From positions 806,099 through 870,098 of the forward strand of contig MEWB01000001.1 of the NCBI GenBank assembly GCA_001773215.1: a stretch of 64,000 nucleotides of DNA, in the 5' to 3' direction. The DNA is from a candidate division WWE3 bacterium RIFOXYC1_FULL_40_10. Its GTDB lineage: Bacteria; Patescibacteriota; WWE3; UBA101185; UBA10185. The first letter of the stretch is position 1, and each line of letters opens with the position of its first letter. Positions 10,070 through 19,477 of the stretch are shown here, one piece after another. Under the pieces are notes generated by a model. That model made no database searches, was not told where the DNA came from, and saw only the letters and a list, made by a program, of their open reading frames with translations. The position numbers and the translations under genes are program-made.

Positions 10070-10423
10070 TTAGCTTCCTTCTCCCCCACCATATTGTGAT
10101 AAAGGATCGACATTGCCGAAAATATTAACGAATATTCTTCGGATAGCGAATACCAAGAACAAGCCAACTCCGCCAATGGCGGCATAGGTAACCCACTGTT
10201 GTGCTTTATCTATTGCCTGCTTGTCTCCTCTAGAGACAACGTATTGCAAAAAACCGAGTGCCAACATAACTACCACAACACCAAGACCCGCAATCATTAT
10301 CAAGTTGGTAATCCAGGTAAATAATTGGTCTAAGTTTCCTATATCAGCAGCAGGATCAATAGGCTCTGAGGGTATAGTTTGAGCATACACCGGAGTCAAA
10401 ATTTTATTTAATAAGTCCATCAT
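10070..10423 (-). CDS. Pilin-like small two-helix membrane protein (TrbC/VirB2-like topology); paralog of 20506..20847
   Basis: Long leader, then two hydrophobic helices separated by SRGDKQAIDKAQ; shared pattern GL..A.AF.QY..S.GD..A.D.AQ..VT...IRRI with the 20.5-kb gene. Confidence 0.4.
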   Translation of the reverse strand: MMDLLNKILTPVYAQTIPSEPIDPAADIGNLDQLFTWITNLIMIAGLGVVVVMLALGFLQYVVSRGDKQAIDKAQQWVTYAAIGGVGLFLVFAIRRIFVNIFGNVDPLSQYGGGEGS

Positions 10424-10470
10424 AAATTATTTCTTACTTGCCACCTCCCTCGTAGAGTAACCAAATATAT

Positions 10471-10794
10471 CTAAAATCCAACACCACCAAATAACGAGTT
10501 AATTATAACTCTTAGAATAACAACCGACAACAGAATGAAAAGCAGGCCCAAAAGTGCCGATGTCAAATTCTCCGAAGCAGCCTTTGTACTGTTTGGCGAA
10601 CCCTGACTCACCATGAAATCGTATCCTGACTTTACAACCATAGCCACACCGATAAAAATGCCGGCAGGATACAGAATTTTTGCCACAGCACCTATTAAAC
10701 CCTCGATAGATATATCCCTAACCTCCGGAGCCTCTTGGGCAAAAACTAGGAGATTTAGAAGTAGTAGTTCGGTAACAAATATTAATCTCTTCAC
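10471..10794 (-). CDS. Pilin-like small two-helix membrane protein with signal peptide; paralog of 20849..21301
   Basis: Signal peptide MKRLIFVTELLLLNLLVFA, two hydrophobic helices separated by SQGSPNSTKAASE loop. Confidence 0.4.
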   Translation of the reverse strand: MKRLIFVTELLLLNLLVFAQEAPEVRDISIEGLIGAVAKILYPAGIFIGVAMVVKSGYDFMVSQGSPNSTKAASENLTSALLGLLFILLSVVILRVIINSLFGGVGF

Positions 10795-10862
10795 CGTATA
10801 ATATTCTCAAAAAAGTCCTGATATGGCAAACATAACATGATAAAATAAGAAATACACCTGCT

Positions 10863-12647
10863 ATGAAAATTCGTACAACACTAATTATCTCTCTCATGTT
10901 TCTTTTTGGTGCAATAACGCCAACTTACGTTTTGGCAGATGACGAATGTAAGAAAATCGAGGATTTAGATAAGCGCGCCGAGTGTTACGAAGCAAAAATA
11001 GACAAAAAGGAAAGTGAATACAATTCAACTACAAAACAACTGGACGAGATTAGAACGCAAAAAGATAGTATTAATCAAAAAATTCAGGCACTTTCGTCGG
11101 AGCTCAATGTAACTCAGGGACAAATAGACGAAATCGACTCCGAGGTAGATGCCGTTCAGGCCGAATTGGAGATTATCAACGGCAAGATTTTGGATCGCCA
11201 GCAAAAACTGGGAGATAAAATAAATTTAAGAAACCGTATCATAAGAAGCTATTTTATAAAAAGAGTCGAAAGTGAAATTACCCTGTTTTTAATGAATAAC
11301 GGTTTTGAAAATGCCTCGTTTAACTACGCTTTTAGCAAGGCCGCAAATAATGAGACAAAGAAACTAATAGAAGGTTTAAATTTTGAAATAAGCAATTTCG
11401 AAGCCGATAAGGCTGAATCTCTGGAACTTAAGAATGACTTGGAAAATAGTTTAGCAAGCCTGGCCAAGTTAAGAGCTGATTTAGCCACTAAAAAGAACCA
11501 ACAACAAGAAGAATTTAAGGAAACTGTAGCAGACGAGACTAAAACAATTAATAAATTATCAAATCTCCAAAATGAAATTGACGAATTATCGGCTAAACAA
11601 CAGGATATCTTGAAACAAAAGTATGGGGATGAGTATGGATCAGTGGGAGATTTTGAATCTCCAACAGCTTCAACACCAAGCCCACCCTTTAAACCTGCAT
11701 TTGCGGCATTCAGTTACGGTGCGTATACACACTACAAAGGCATGAGCCAATACGGAGCTAAAGGACGAGCTGACAAAGGAGATGACTACAAGGAAATTTT
11801 GAAATTCTACTATAAAGTGGATGCTAAGGAAAAAGACGACTTTCCCAGCAAATTGTGTGTTGAAGGATACGGTGACCTAAGCTTCTCCAAATACCTCTAC
11901 GGCATAGCCGAAATGCCAAGCGACTGGCCAGATGAGGCCTTAAAGGCCCAGGCTATAGCGGCTCGTTCTTATGCGTACCGTTACTACAAAGCCGGAAAGT
12001 GTATTTGTACAACTCAAAGCTGCCAAGTTTATTCCAAGAGCAAAAGCGACAACCCACCTTCAAAATGGAAAAGCGCTGTTGACGATACTGAAGGTATCAT
12101 TTTGGACAACGACATAGTTGCCTATTATTCATCAACAACCGGTGGCTACATTGATAATGTGGGATGGGATACGGAATGCGGTAGCTCTTCTTGTTGGCCA
12201 AGCAAAGCCTATGAAAAGAGTTCTCCCTGGTTTTACAAGGCATGGTATACAAAAAGCTATAACAACAGTGACTCCTGTGGAAGAGGGCACCCTTGGCTTT
12301 CGGAAAAAGAAATGGCGGATATTTTAAATGCGTATGTGGTTTGGAACAAAGGCAACAATAGTGATAGAGACCACATTTCTCCTGTAACAACAAATTGTTG
12401 GGGGGGAGATCCCTACTCACTTGATGAGATGGCCGATAAGGCTGGGGATTATGGAACCAAATACACTAAAGTAACTTCAATAGATGTTGAAGTAAGTAAC
12501 GGGGGATACACTTCAAATGTTACTTTAAGAACCGATAATGGAACTGTTTCAGTTAACGGCGAGACATTTAAAACTGTTTTTAACTTAAGAGCTCCCGGAT
12601 ATTTATCAATAAAAAGCAAGCTTTTCGACATGGAAAAACGCGAATAA
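10863..12647 (+). CDS. Secreted coiled-coil protein with C-terminal SpoIID/LytB-type peptidoglycan-remodelling domain
   Basis: Signal peptide; ~250-aa coiled-coil; KYLYGIAEMPSDWPDEALKAQAIAARSYAYRYY ... SSTTGGYIDNVGW matches the SpoIID/LytB domain signature. Confidence 0.65.
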   Translation: MKIRTTLIISLMFLFGAITPTYVLADDECKKIEDLDKRAECYEAKIDKKESEYNSTTKQLDEIRTQKDSINQKIQALSSELNVTQGQIDEIDSEVDAVQAELEIINGKILDRQQKLGDKINLRNRIIRSYFIKRVESEITLFLMNNGFENASFNYAFSKAANNETKKLIEGLNFEISNFEADKAESLELKNDLENSLASLAKLRADLATKKNQQQEEFKETVADETKTINKLSNLQNEIDELSAKQQDILKQKYGDEYGSVGDFESPTASTPSPPFKPAFAAFSYGAYTHYKGMSQYGAKGRADKGDDYKEILKFYYKVDAKEKDDFPSKLCVEGYGDLSFSKYLYGIAEMPSDWPDEALKAQAIAARSYAYRYYKAGKCICTTQSCQVYSKSKSDNPPSKWKSAVDDTEGIILDNDIVAYYSSTTGGYIDNVGWDTECGSSSCWPSKAYEKSSPWFYKAWYTKSYNNSDSCGRGHPWLSEKEMADILNAYVVWNKGNNSDRDHISPVTTNCWGGDPYSLDEMADKAGDYGTKYTKVTSIDVEVSNGGYTSNVTLRTDNGTVSVNGETFKTVFNLRAPGYLSIKSKLFDMEKRE

Positions 12648-12701
12648 TCCTGACAATACAAGTTAGAAGTTTTAATAACAAAACGCAAATTGCTTTATCA
12701 T

Positions 12702-12710
12702 TGTGGATAA
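12702..12710. promoter_or_regulatory. Perfect DnaA box (TGTGGATAA, reverse orientation) upstream of dnaA
   Basis: Exact 9-mer in the dnaA promoter region. Confidence 0.5.
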
Positions 12711-12759
12711 CTTAGTTACCATTTTAGCTACTGCCTAAAATTTTCTACCAAAACTAGCA

Positions 12760-14157
12760 ATGACCAACCAAACAGCTCAAAATTTAGAGGAACTGTGGGC
12801 TTCTATACTGGGGGAAGCTCAGCTTAATATTGCTCCTGCCATATTTAACTCCTTTGTGTCACGCACGAGCCTGGATTCAATTGTGGATAATAGAGCCATT
12901 GTTGCCTGTTCCGACTCAATGGTTAAAAGCAACGTAGAAAAAAAGGCAAAACAAGAGCTTCTTGCTGCTCTAAACAAACGCTCCCAGAAAAAACTTGACC
13001 TTGAGTTAATCATTAAAAAAGTTAAGGCTAAAACTCTCGATACAGGACCTGTTGGGCCTCTATTCACTCCACCCAGGGACGAGGAAATAGTAGTTAAAGA
13101 AAAGCAACTTCAAGCGGGGTTAACTCCAAAATATACTTTTGAAAATTACATTTTAGGAGGGCACAACAATTTGGCGCATGCTATTGCTGTGGCAGTGGCA
13201 ACCAGGCCGGGGGAGCAATACAATCCAGTATTCTTTCACTCGGGAGTAGGTCTGGGAAAAACCCATCTTTTACAAGCAATAGGGAATAATATTCTTAGAA
13301 ACCACCCTGCCACAAAGATTATTTATACAACAGGGGAAACTTTCACAAACGAGTTAATCGATGCAATACAAAGCGGAAAGGCAGGTAAAAAGTCGAAATA
13401 TACTACAAACGAGTTTCGAAACAGGTACCGTCACGCTGATGTTTTTTTAATAGACGATGTTCAATTTATTATTGGAAAAGACGCTACTCAAGAGGAACTG
13501 TTCCACACGTTTAACTCCTTATACATGTCGGGAAAGCAGATCGTTATAACTTCGGATCGTCCTCCAAGCGAGTTCAAAAATTTGGCGTCTCGCATAACTT
13601 CCCGCTTTGCCATGGGAATAATTGCCGATATCCAAAAACCCGGATTCGAGGAACGTGTTGCAATACTACGAGCGCGGCGAGATTTCTTAGGGGAAGACAT
13701 TTCCGACGAAATAATTAGTTATATTGCTCAAAACATTAGTTCAAACATTAGAGAACTCGAGGGTGCTTATATGCAAGTTTCTGTGAAGGCTCATTCCAAT
13801 AACATGCAACCAACTGTAACCATGGCTGCGGAAGCTTTGGGACAAAGTTATAGAGAGACAAAGAAACCTACAGTAAATATCAATGAGGTATTAAAGGCTG
13901 TGTGCAATTATTATTCGGTAAATATTCCGGATATCAAAGGCCCAAGAAGACATAAAGAAATAGTTATTCCCCGCCAAGTTGCGATGTATCTTATGAAAGA
14001 GTTTACAGAAACACCTTACATTGCAATCGGGGATTTACTAGGGGGAAGGGATCATACAACAATAATGCACGGCGCTGAAAAAATACATCAAAAAGTAACT
14101 GAAAAAGGAAAAATCTATACCGATGTTGCTAACATCAAACAAACTTTGGGCTATTAA
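12760..14157 (+). CDS. dnaA: Chromosomal replication initiator protein DnaA
   Basis: AAA+ Walker A GVGLGKTHLLQAIGN, YTFENYILGGHNNLAHAIA, C-terminal DNA-binding domain. Confidence 0.9.
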   Translation: MTNQTAQNLEELWASILGEAQLNIAPAIFNSFVSRTSLDSIVDNRAIVACSDSMVKSNVEKKAKQELLAALNKRSQKKLDLELIIKKVKAKTLDTGPVGPLFTPPRDEEIVVKEKQLQAGLTPKYTFENYILGGHNNLAHAIAVAVATRPGEQYNPVFFHSGVGLGKTHLLQAIGNNILRNHPATKIIYTTGETFTNELIDAIQSGKAGKKSKYTTNEFRNRYRHADVFLIDDVQFIIGKDATQEELFHTFNSLYMSGKQIVITSDRPPSEFKNLASRITSRFAMGIIADIQKPGFEERVAILRARRDFLGEDISDEIISYIAQNISSNIRELEGAYMQVSVKAHSNNMQPTVTMAAEALGQSYRETKKPTVNINEVLKAVCNYYSVNIPDIKGPRRHKEIVIPRQVAMYLMKEFTETPYIAIGDLLGGRDHTTIMHGAEKIHQKVTEKGKIYTDVANIKQTLGY

Positions 14158-14160
14158 AAA

Positions 14161-14189
14161 ACCCGGGTAGTTTTGAATTAACCACCCGG
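14161..14189. terminator. Hairpin terminator between dnaA and the convergent minus-strand gene
   Basis: CCCGGGT-N15-ACCCGGG flanked by an A-run on plus (T-run for the minus-strand gene). Confidence 0.45.
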
Positions 14190-14196
14190 GCATGCT

Positions 14197-14607
14197 TTAC
14201 AAATTCTTTATAACCACCGTGTGGTTATCCGGATCAAGCCCAATCACAAAGTATTTCTCAATACCAATGTTAACTGCCTCTCCAGTAGCGATACTCTGCC
14301 CTTTAAGATCAACGGAACCTTTAAAGGTACAATAAGCTCTGGGATTTCTCATGATAGTGCGAAGATCGCTGGCTGAGATACTCAGTCCTTCCTTGAGAAC
14401 AAAACACTCCCACTCCTTATTGTTCTCGTTCCCAATCACATTGACTTGAATAACTCGATAAGCACCAACTAAAAAAAGCGCCATCATAATTACCGCTACA
14501 ATAGCAACTAACCCTGAAAAAACCCACACCGGACTTAATAAATTAGTCATCAAAAGCCTCCTATCTATAGTTTTAGACATTATAGCAATAAACGAGAGAC
14601 TCATCAA
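14197..14607 (-). CDS. Hypothetical membrane-anchored protein
   Basis: N-terminal TM helix; no recognisable domain. Confidence 0.45.
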   Translation of the reverse strand: MMSLSFIAIMSKTIDRRLLMTNLLSPVWVFSGLVAIVAVIMMALFLVGAYRVIQVNVIGNENNKEWECFVLKEGLSISASDLRTIMRNPRAYCTFKGSVDLKGQSIATGEAVNIGIEKYFVIGLDPDNHTVVIKNL

Positions 14608-14946
14608 CTATAGGACAACCATACACTCCCTATAGCTAACCAATGTGCATAACAGAGAATTACTATACAGGTTAATGTGGGTAAGTAGGCATTTTTCTCC
14701 ACATAGATATCTACATGAAAAACAGCCTTGTACACACTAGAAAAATAAAGCGGGTAAAGGAAAAGAAACATTTGGGCATAAGAGGGACACTGGGAATCTC
14801 AAGTTGAAGTTATCTACAACAAACAATGTTATTATTAACCACAGTTACAAGATTATTTGAGAGTATCCACTTATAAACAGTATTAATACTAAGACTACGT
14901 ATTATATATACAAATTTATTATTACCTAATTTGTGGATACACAGGT
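14608..14946. promoter_or_regulatory. Candidate oriC: AT-rich 340-bp non-coding region with several DnaA-box-like 9-mers and an AT-rich unwinding-like tract
   Basis: TTATCTACA (14810-14818), TATCCACTT (14864-14872), TGTGGATAC (14932-14940), AT tract 14901-14931; adjacent to dnaA. Confidence 0.4.
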
Positions 14947-16146
14947 ATGTTTTATACAACACTCGCTTTAGCTAAATTAACAACACTGATAAGTAAACTA
15001 TTAAATATAGGGGCAGGATCCACATGGCCCGGACATGTTGCTCTTAGAGTTTATCCAAATCTATTTAGAGATAGCCATTTTAGGTTTAATAAAGGGTTAA
15101 TACTTATCACAGGTACCAACGGTAAAACCACTACAGCCAAGCTCTTATCTATGTCCTTAAGGAATTTGGGCAACTTTGTTGTCACAAACAGCAGTGGTGC
15201 AAATTTGCTAAACGGCATTGCCTCTGCTTTTTTATTGCAGTTTAGCTTAACAAAGAAATTTGATTATGGAGTGTTTGAGGTTGACGAGGCTGCGTTTCCA
15301 AAACTTTTAGAACAGACCAGCCCTAATGTGGTTTTTTTGCTTAATATCTCTAGGGATCAGCTGGATCGCCATTGGGAACCGGATTTAGTTTTTGAAAGGT
15401 GGGTAACTGCCTTAAAGAATACCACTCCCCTACCCTATATAATTGCTGATTCTGAGGAGCCAAAATTTGGTTTGATGGCAACTCTACTAGATGAAGATAA
15501 AATAACATTCTTTGATAAAGATTCCCCTCTTAAACTACGTTCTCATAAGGTGTTTTATAACGATAAAGATTTAGGCTCTAGCAATTTGGCCGGTGAATTT
15601 AACCGCAAAAATCTTAATGCCGCCGCAAAAGCGATGGCTTTGCTTGGTTTTAGTTATAAAGACGTTGTTGCTTCACTAAAAGACTTCAGTTTCGCTTATG
15701 GAAGAGGGGAAAAAATTGAGTTTAAGGGCAAGGATTTTAGGATTTTATTGGCCAAAAACCCAAAAAGCTTTAATACTAACCTGGATGATTTGCTAGATCC
15801 TTCGGGGGATGCGATCCAAGCCTTCCCTGAAGCATTACTGTTTATTTTAAACGATAACATCCCTGATGGGAGAGATATCTCATGGATTTACGATATAAAT
15901 CCTATAAAACTTAAAGAAGTATGTAAGGATAAGGCAGTTTTCGTTGCAGGCACTAGATGCTTTGACATGGCGGTAAGACTGCAATATGCCGGTGTTTTTA
16001 TTGACAAAGCCAATGTAGATAAAGAAATAGCCGAAGTATTAAAGCGACTAGCTTCAAAAACGGAACTAAAGAATGTTACGGTATTACCAAATTATTCTTC
16101 TATGCTTGCTTTTAGGAAGTTAGTTTTGGGACGAAGTATTTTATGA
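14947..16146 (+). CDS. murT: Lipid II isoglutaminyl synthase, Mur-ligase-like subunit MurT
   Basis: ITGTNGKTTTAKLL P-loop of the Mur ligase family; MurT-like N-terminus; ATGA overlap with the downstream GatD-like gene. Confidence 0.7.
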   Translation: MFYTTLALAKLTTLISKLLNIGAGSTWPGHVALRVYPNLFRDSHFRFNKGLILITGTNGKTTTAKLLSMSLRNLGNFVVTNSSGANLLNGIASAFLLQFSLTKKFDYGVFEVDEAAFPKLLEQTSPNVVFLLNISRDQLDRHWEPDLVFERWVTALKNTTPLPYIIADSEEPKFGLMATLLDEDKITFFDKDSPLKLRSHKVFYNDKDLGSSNLAGEFNRKNLNAAAKAMALLGFSYKDVVASLKDFSFAYGRGEKIEFKGKDFRILLAKNPKSFNTNLDDLLDPSGDAIQAFPEALLFILNDNIPDGRDISWIYDINPIKLKEVCKDKAVFVAGTRCFDMAVRLQYAGVFIDKANVDKEIAEVLKRLASKTELKNVTVLPNYSSMLAFRKLVLGRSIL

Positions 16147-16892
16147 GTACTACTAAATTAACAATTGGATACTTATACAAGGAAGAAATGAATTTGTACG
16201 GAGATAATGGAAATATAGAAGTAATGCTAGACAGAGCTCGGAGAAGAGGGATTCAAACCGAGGTTATTGTGATTGATACAACAACAAATCCAAATGACCC
16301 TAGCTTGAAAGGAGTGAATTTTATGTTTATGGGGGGAGGTTCTGATTATTCTCAACGGGAAACTTACCAGGACTTTATAACTAACAAAAAGCAATTGTTA
16401 CAAAGCTATGTGGAAGAAGGAAAGACAGGATTATATATTTGCGGCGCTTATCAACTAATGGGCAATTATTACAAATCTGCAGACGGCTCTGTGTTAAAAG
16501 GATTGGAAATTTTTGATATTTACACTCAGCATTTTGGGTATTCTAAACAAAGGTGTACAGGGAACGTTTTAGCCGAACTTACAAATAGTGCTATTAAGGG
16601 TCCCACTTCTGTTGTAGGTTTTGAGAATCATGGTGGTAGAACTTACCTTGGTACCGGTTGTAAGCCTTTTGCCACATTAAAGTTTGGGTTTGGCAACAAT
16701 GGCGAAGATAATACTGAGGGCTTGCTATACAAAAACAGCTTGTGCACTTATCTTCATGGACCTCTTGTAGCCCGTAATCCACACATAGCCGATTATTTAT
16801 TAGCCAAAGCCCTAAATGTTGATAAACTGGAACAATTGGATGACTCTCTTATATACGATGCCCACACTGCCTCAACAAAATTGAAGCAATGA
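16143..16892 (+). CDS. gatD: Lipid II isoglutaminyl synthase glutaminase subunit GatD (CobQ-type glutamine amidotransferase)
   Basis: CobB/CobQ-like GATase motifs (GGGSDYSQ, ICGAYQLMG, HGG); always paired with murT. Confidence 0.7.
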   Translation: MSTTKLTIGYLYKEEMNLYGDNGNIEVMLDRARRRGIQTEVIVIDTTTNPNDPSLKGVNFMFMGGGSDYSQRETYQDFITNKKQLLQSYVEEGKTGLYICGAYQLMGNYYKSADGSVLKGLEIFDIYTQHFGYSKQRCTGNVLAELTNSAIKGPTSVVGFENHGGRTYLGTGCKPFATLKFGFGNNGEDNTEGLLYKNSLCTYLHGPLVARNPHIADYLLAKALNVDKLEQLDDSLIYDAHTASTKLKQ

Positions 16893-18106
16893 AAGCAAAA
16901 AAACTATTTTTTTTATTAATACTGTTGCTCCCGCTAAATTTGGGAAAACACTTTGTAATAAAAGATTCCTATGTTTTGGGTTTATTAATAGATTATTTGA
17001 TTCCCACGATATTCGTTCAAGACATCTTGGTTTTTTTGATAATTCTTTTTTGGGTAAGCGATCTTGTAAAAAAAGGCTCCTTGACCCAAACTGCACTAAG
17101 CCTGATAAGTAAGAACTCTGTAAAACTTCTGGTGTTCTTTATTTTTAGTGTATTTTTATCTGTATTAGATTCACAAAGAATTTGGCCATCACTGTATTCA
17201 TTTTTACGCCTCACCCTCTATTCAATCTTGGCTTTGTATATAGCTAAAGAATATAATTTTGAGCAAGATGCCAGAAAGACGATTGCGTTGTTCCTGGTGT
17301 CTGTCTTTTTAGTGGCAGTACTTGGTTTAGCTCAGTTTGTAAATAAAGGGTCTGTTTTTGATAATTACTTGTTTTTTGGTGAACAGCCTTACTCGCTGTC
17401 TACTCCTTTAGTTGCTAAAGACAGCTTTTTTGGAAGGCCTGTTTTGCCTCCGTATGGGCTTTTTAGGCATCCTAATATTCTTAGTGTGTTCTTGGTTTTT
17501 GCTATTTACTTGTGCATCAGGTTTGCCACAAGAACCAAACTAAAATTTTTAGCTCTATTTGTTATGTTTTCGGTGTTTCTTGCTACGCTAAGTTACTTTT
17601 CCTGGCTGTCTTTAGTAGTTATTTTTTCTCTGGAATTATTTAGCAAAGAGCAGACGGCCAAGATCCCACTGTATGTTTGTTTACTCATATTTCCTTTTAT
17701 TTTCTTATTTTTTCCAAAGCTGCTGCCTTTTCAACAGAACATATCTTATTTAAGAAGAGAAGAGTTTTTAAAGTCGGCATATTATCTTTTTTTGGAAAAA
17801 CCATTGTATGGGGTGGGACATAACAATATAACTCTAGTTGTAGAAAAATATATGAATGTACCCCATGATTTACGTTTTACCCAGCCTGTGCACAATGTTT
17901 CTGCTTTAATTGCCGCTGAATCAGGGTTGTTTAGTTTTATATTTTATATCTTGTTTGTGGGGAATTTATTTGTAAGAAAAAAGAACCCAACTATTCAATT
18001 ATTGCTTGTTGCTGTAGTGTTTCTTAGTGGGTTCGATCATTACTTTTTTACTATTCATCAAACTCAATTGCTTTTCTGGATAGTTGCAGGACTGTCATTA
18101 GTCTGA
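16889..18106 (+). CDS. O-antigen ligase (WaaL/Wzy_C)-like polytopic membrane protein
   Basis: About 10 TM helices; GVGHNNITLV...PVHNVSALIAAESGL resembles the Wzy_C conserved loop. Confidence 0.5.
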   Translation: MKAKKLFFLLILLLPLNLGKHFVIKDSYVLGLLIDYLIPTIFVQDILVFLIILFWVSDLVKKGSLTQTALSLISKNSVKLLVFFIFSVFLSVLDSQRIWPSLYSFLRLTLYSILALYIAKEYNFEQDARKTIALFLVSVFLVAVLGLAQFVNKGSVFDNYLFFGEQPYSLSTPLVAKDSFFGRPVLPPYGLFRHPNILSVFLVFAIYLCIRFATRTKLKFLALFVMFSVFLATLSYFSWLSLVVIFSLELFSKEQTAKIPLYVCLLIFPFIFLFFPKLLPFQQNISYLRREEFLKSAYYLFLEKPLYGVGHNNITLVVEKYMNVPHDLRFTQPVHNVSALIAAESGLFSFIFYILFVGNLFVRKKNPTIQLLLVAVVFLSGFDHYFFTIHQTQLLFWIVAGLSLV

Positions 18107-18113
18107 AATAATA

Positions 18114-19460
18114 GTGAAGATGAAATTAAATAGAAAACTGCTCACTATTTTATTGTTGCTAGTTCTTCCTGTTTTTCTTACAGCCTGTACCTTAAAAGAT
18201 ATCCCCCTAATAGGCGGACTTTTTGGCGGAGGAACCGGTCCTGCTAAGAAACCTACTACAATAACAATGTGGGGCCTTTGGGAGCAGGGTGACGTAATGG
18301 ATGCCGCCATAGCTAAATACAAAGAAAAGAATCCCCAAATTAACGTGGTCTACGATGACAGAACAATCACGGATCTTGGCAGCTATAAAGAGACTGTTGC
18401 AAGCAGAACGTCCCAACCAGATTTTACTGATGTTGTTTTGGTCCACAATTCCTGGGTAGGGCAACTTTCCTCTGGTTTAGATCCGGTCCCGCCCGAAGTT
18501 TTTACTTCGGAGCAGTACTCGAATGCCTTTTACCCTTCTGCAGTTCAAAGTGCTAAGGTTGGGGAGCAATTATTCGCAGTACCCCTATTTTATGATGGGA
18601 TTGCTTTGGTTTATAACAAAGACCATTTTGATTCAATTGGGCAGAAAAACCCTCCTACTTCCTGGGAGGAATTCCGAAGAATAGCCGAAAGACTCACTGA
18701 TGTTGAAGATGATCGTTCTGGAAATGCCGTGAAGGTAAATAGATATGGGGCAGCTATAGGGACCGCAGATAATATAGATTTCTTTCCCGATATTTTAAGT
18801 GCCTTATTTCACCAAGCGGGGGCTTTAATTCCTAATGACTTTGAGAAACAGAAATCTCAGGATGCGTTGTCGTTTTATGTTAAATTTGCCAAGGATTATA
18901 GAGTGTGGAGTAGCGATATGCCCGAAGCCTCAAAAGCTTTTGCAGCGGGTAAGGTTTCCATGATTTTCGTACCTTCCTGGAATTTGGCGGACATCTTAAT
19001 GGCCCGTCCTGATATGAATATAGGAGTAGCTCCTCTTCCGCAAATTTCTACCAATCCCGAGGATCATGTTAGTAATGCTAGCTTTTGGATGTTGGCCGTA
19101 CCAGCTGGTAGCAAAAATAAAAGTACAGCTTGGGATTTCATCAAATTCTTGGCTAGTGAAGATGCCCAGTTAACAATTCATAGCGAAGCTTTAAACTATC
19201 GAATTTATGGAGCTCCTTATAGTTTGAAATCGCTAAAAACGCAGTTGATCTCAAGTGAATATCTTGAACCCATACTTAGACAAGCAGATTCGTGCGGAGG
19301 AGTGTGCAATACCACATCAGCTATCAGTTTGTTGTCGGGTAGATCAGGTAATGTTAAGCAAGTAGGTTTACTGAGGGATGCGGTTAATAAACTGCTAACC
19401 GATCCTAAAGTAACTCCTTTAGATGCCCTAAAAGAAGCCAAAGCTGCATTTTTCAAATAA
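18114..19460 (+). CDS. Extracellular solute-binding lipoprotein (ABC transporter SBP family 1, sugar-type), orphan
   Basis: Lipoprotein signal LTACTL; TITMWGLWEQGD... typical SBP_bac_1 N-terminus; no permease or ATPase adjacent. Confidence 0.6.
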   Translation: MKMKLNRKLLTILLLLVLPVFLTACTLKDIPLIGGLFGGGTGPAKKPTTITMWGLWEQGDVMDAAIAKYKEKNPQINVVYDDRTITDLGSYKETVASRTSQPDFTDVVLVHNSWVGQLSSGLDPVPPEVFTSEQYSNAFYPSAVQSAKVGEQLFAVPLFYDGIALVYNKDHFDSIGQKNPPTSWEEFRRIAERLTDVEDDRSGNAVKVNRYGAAIGTADNIDFFPDILSALFHQAGALIPNDFEKQKSQDALSFYVKFAKDYRVWSSDMPEASKAFAAGKVSMIFVPSWNLADILMARPDMNIGVAPLPQISTNPEDHVSNASFWMLAVPAGSKNKSTAWDFIKFLASEDAQLTIHSEALNYRIYGAPYSLKSLKTQLISSEYLEPILRQADSCGGVCNTTSAISLLSGRSGNVKQVGLLRDAVNKLLTDPKVTPLDALKEAKAAFFK

Positions 19461-19477
19461 TTTGTTAAACTTCCGTT

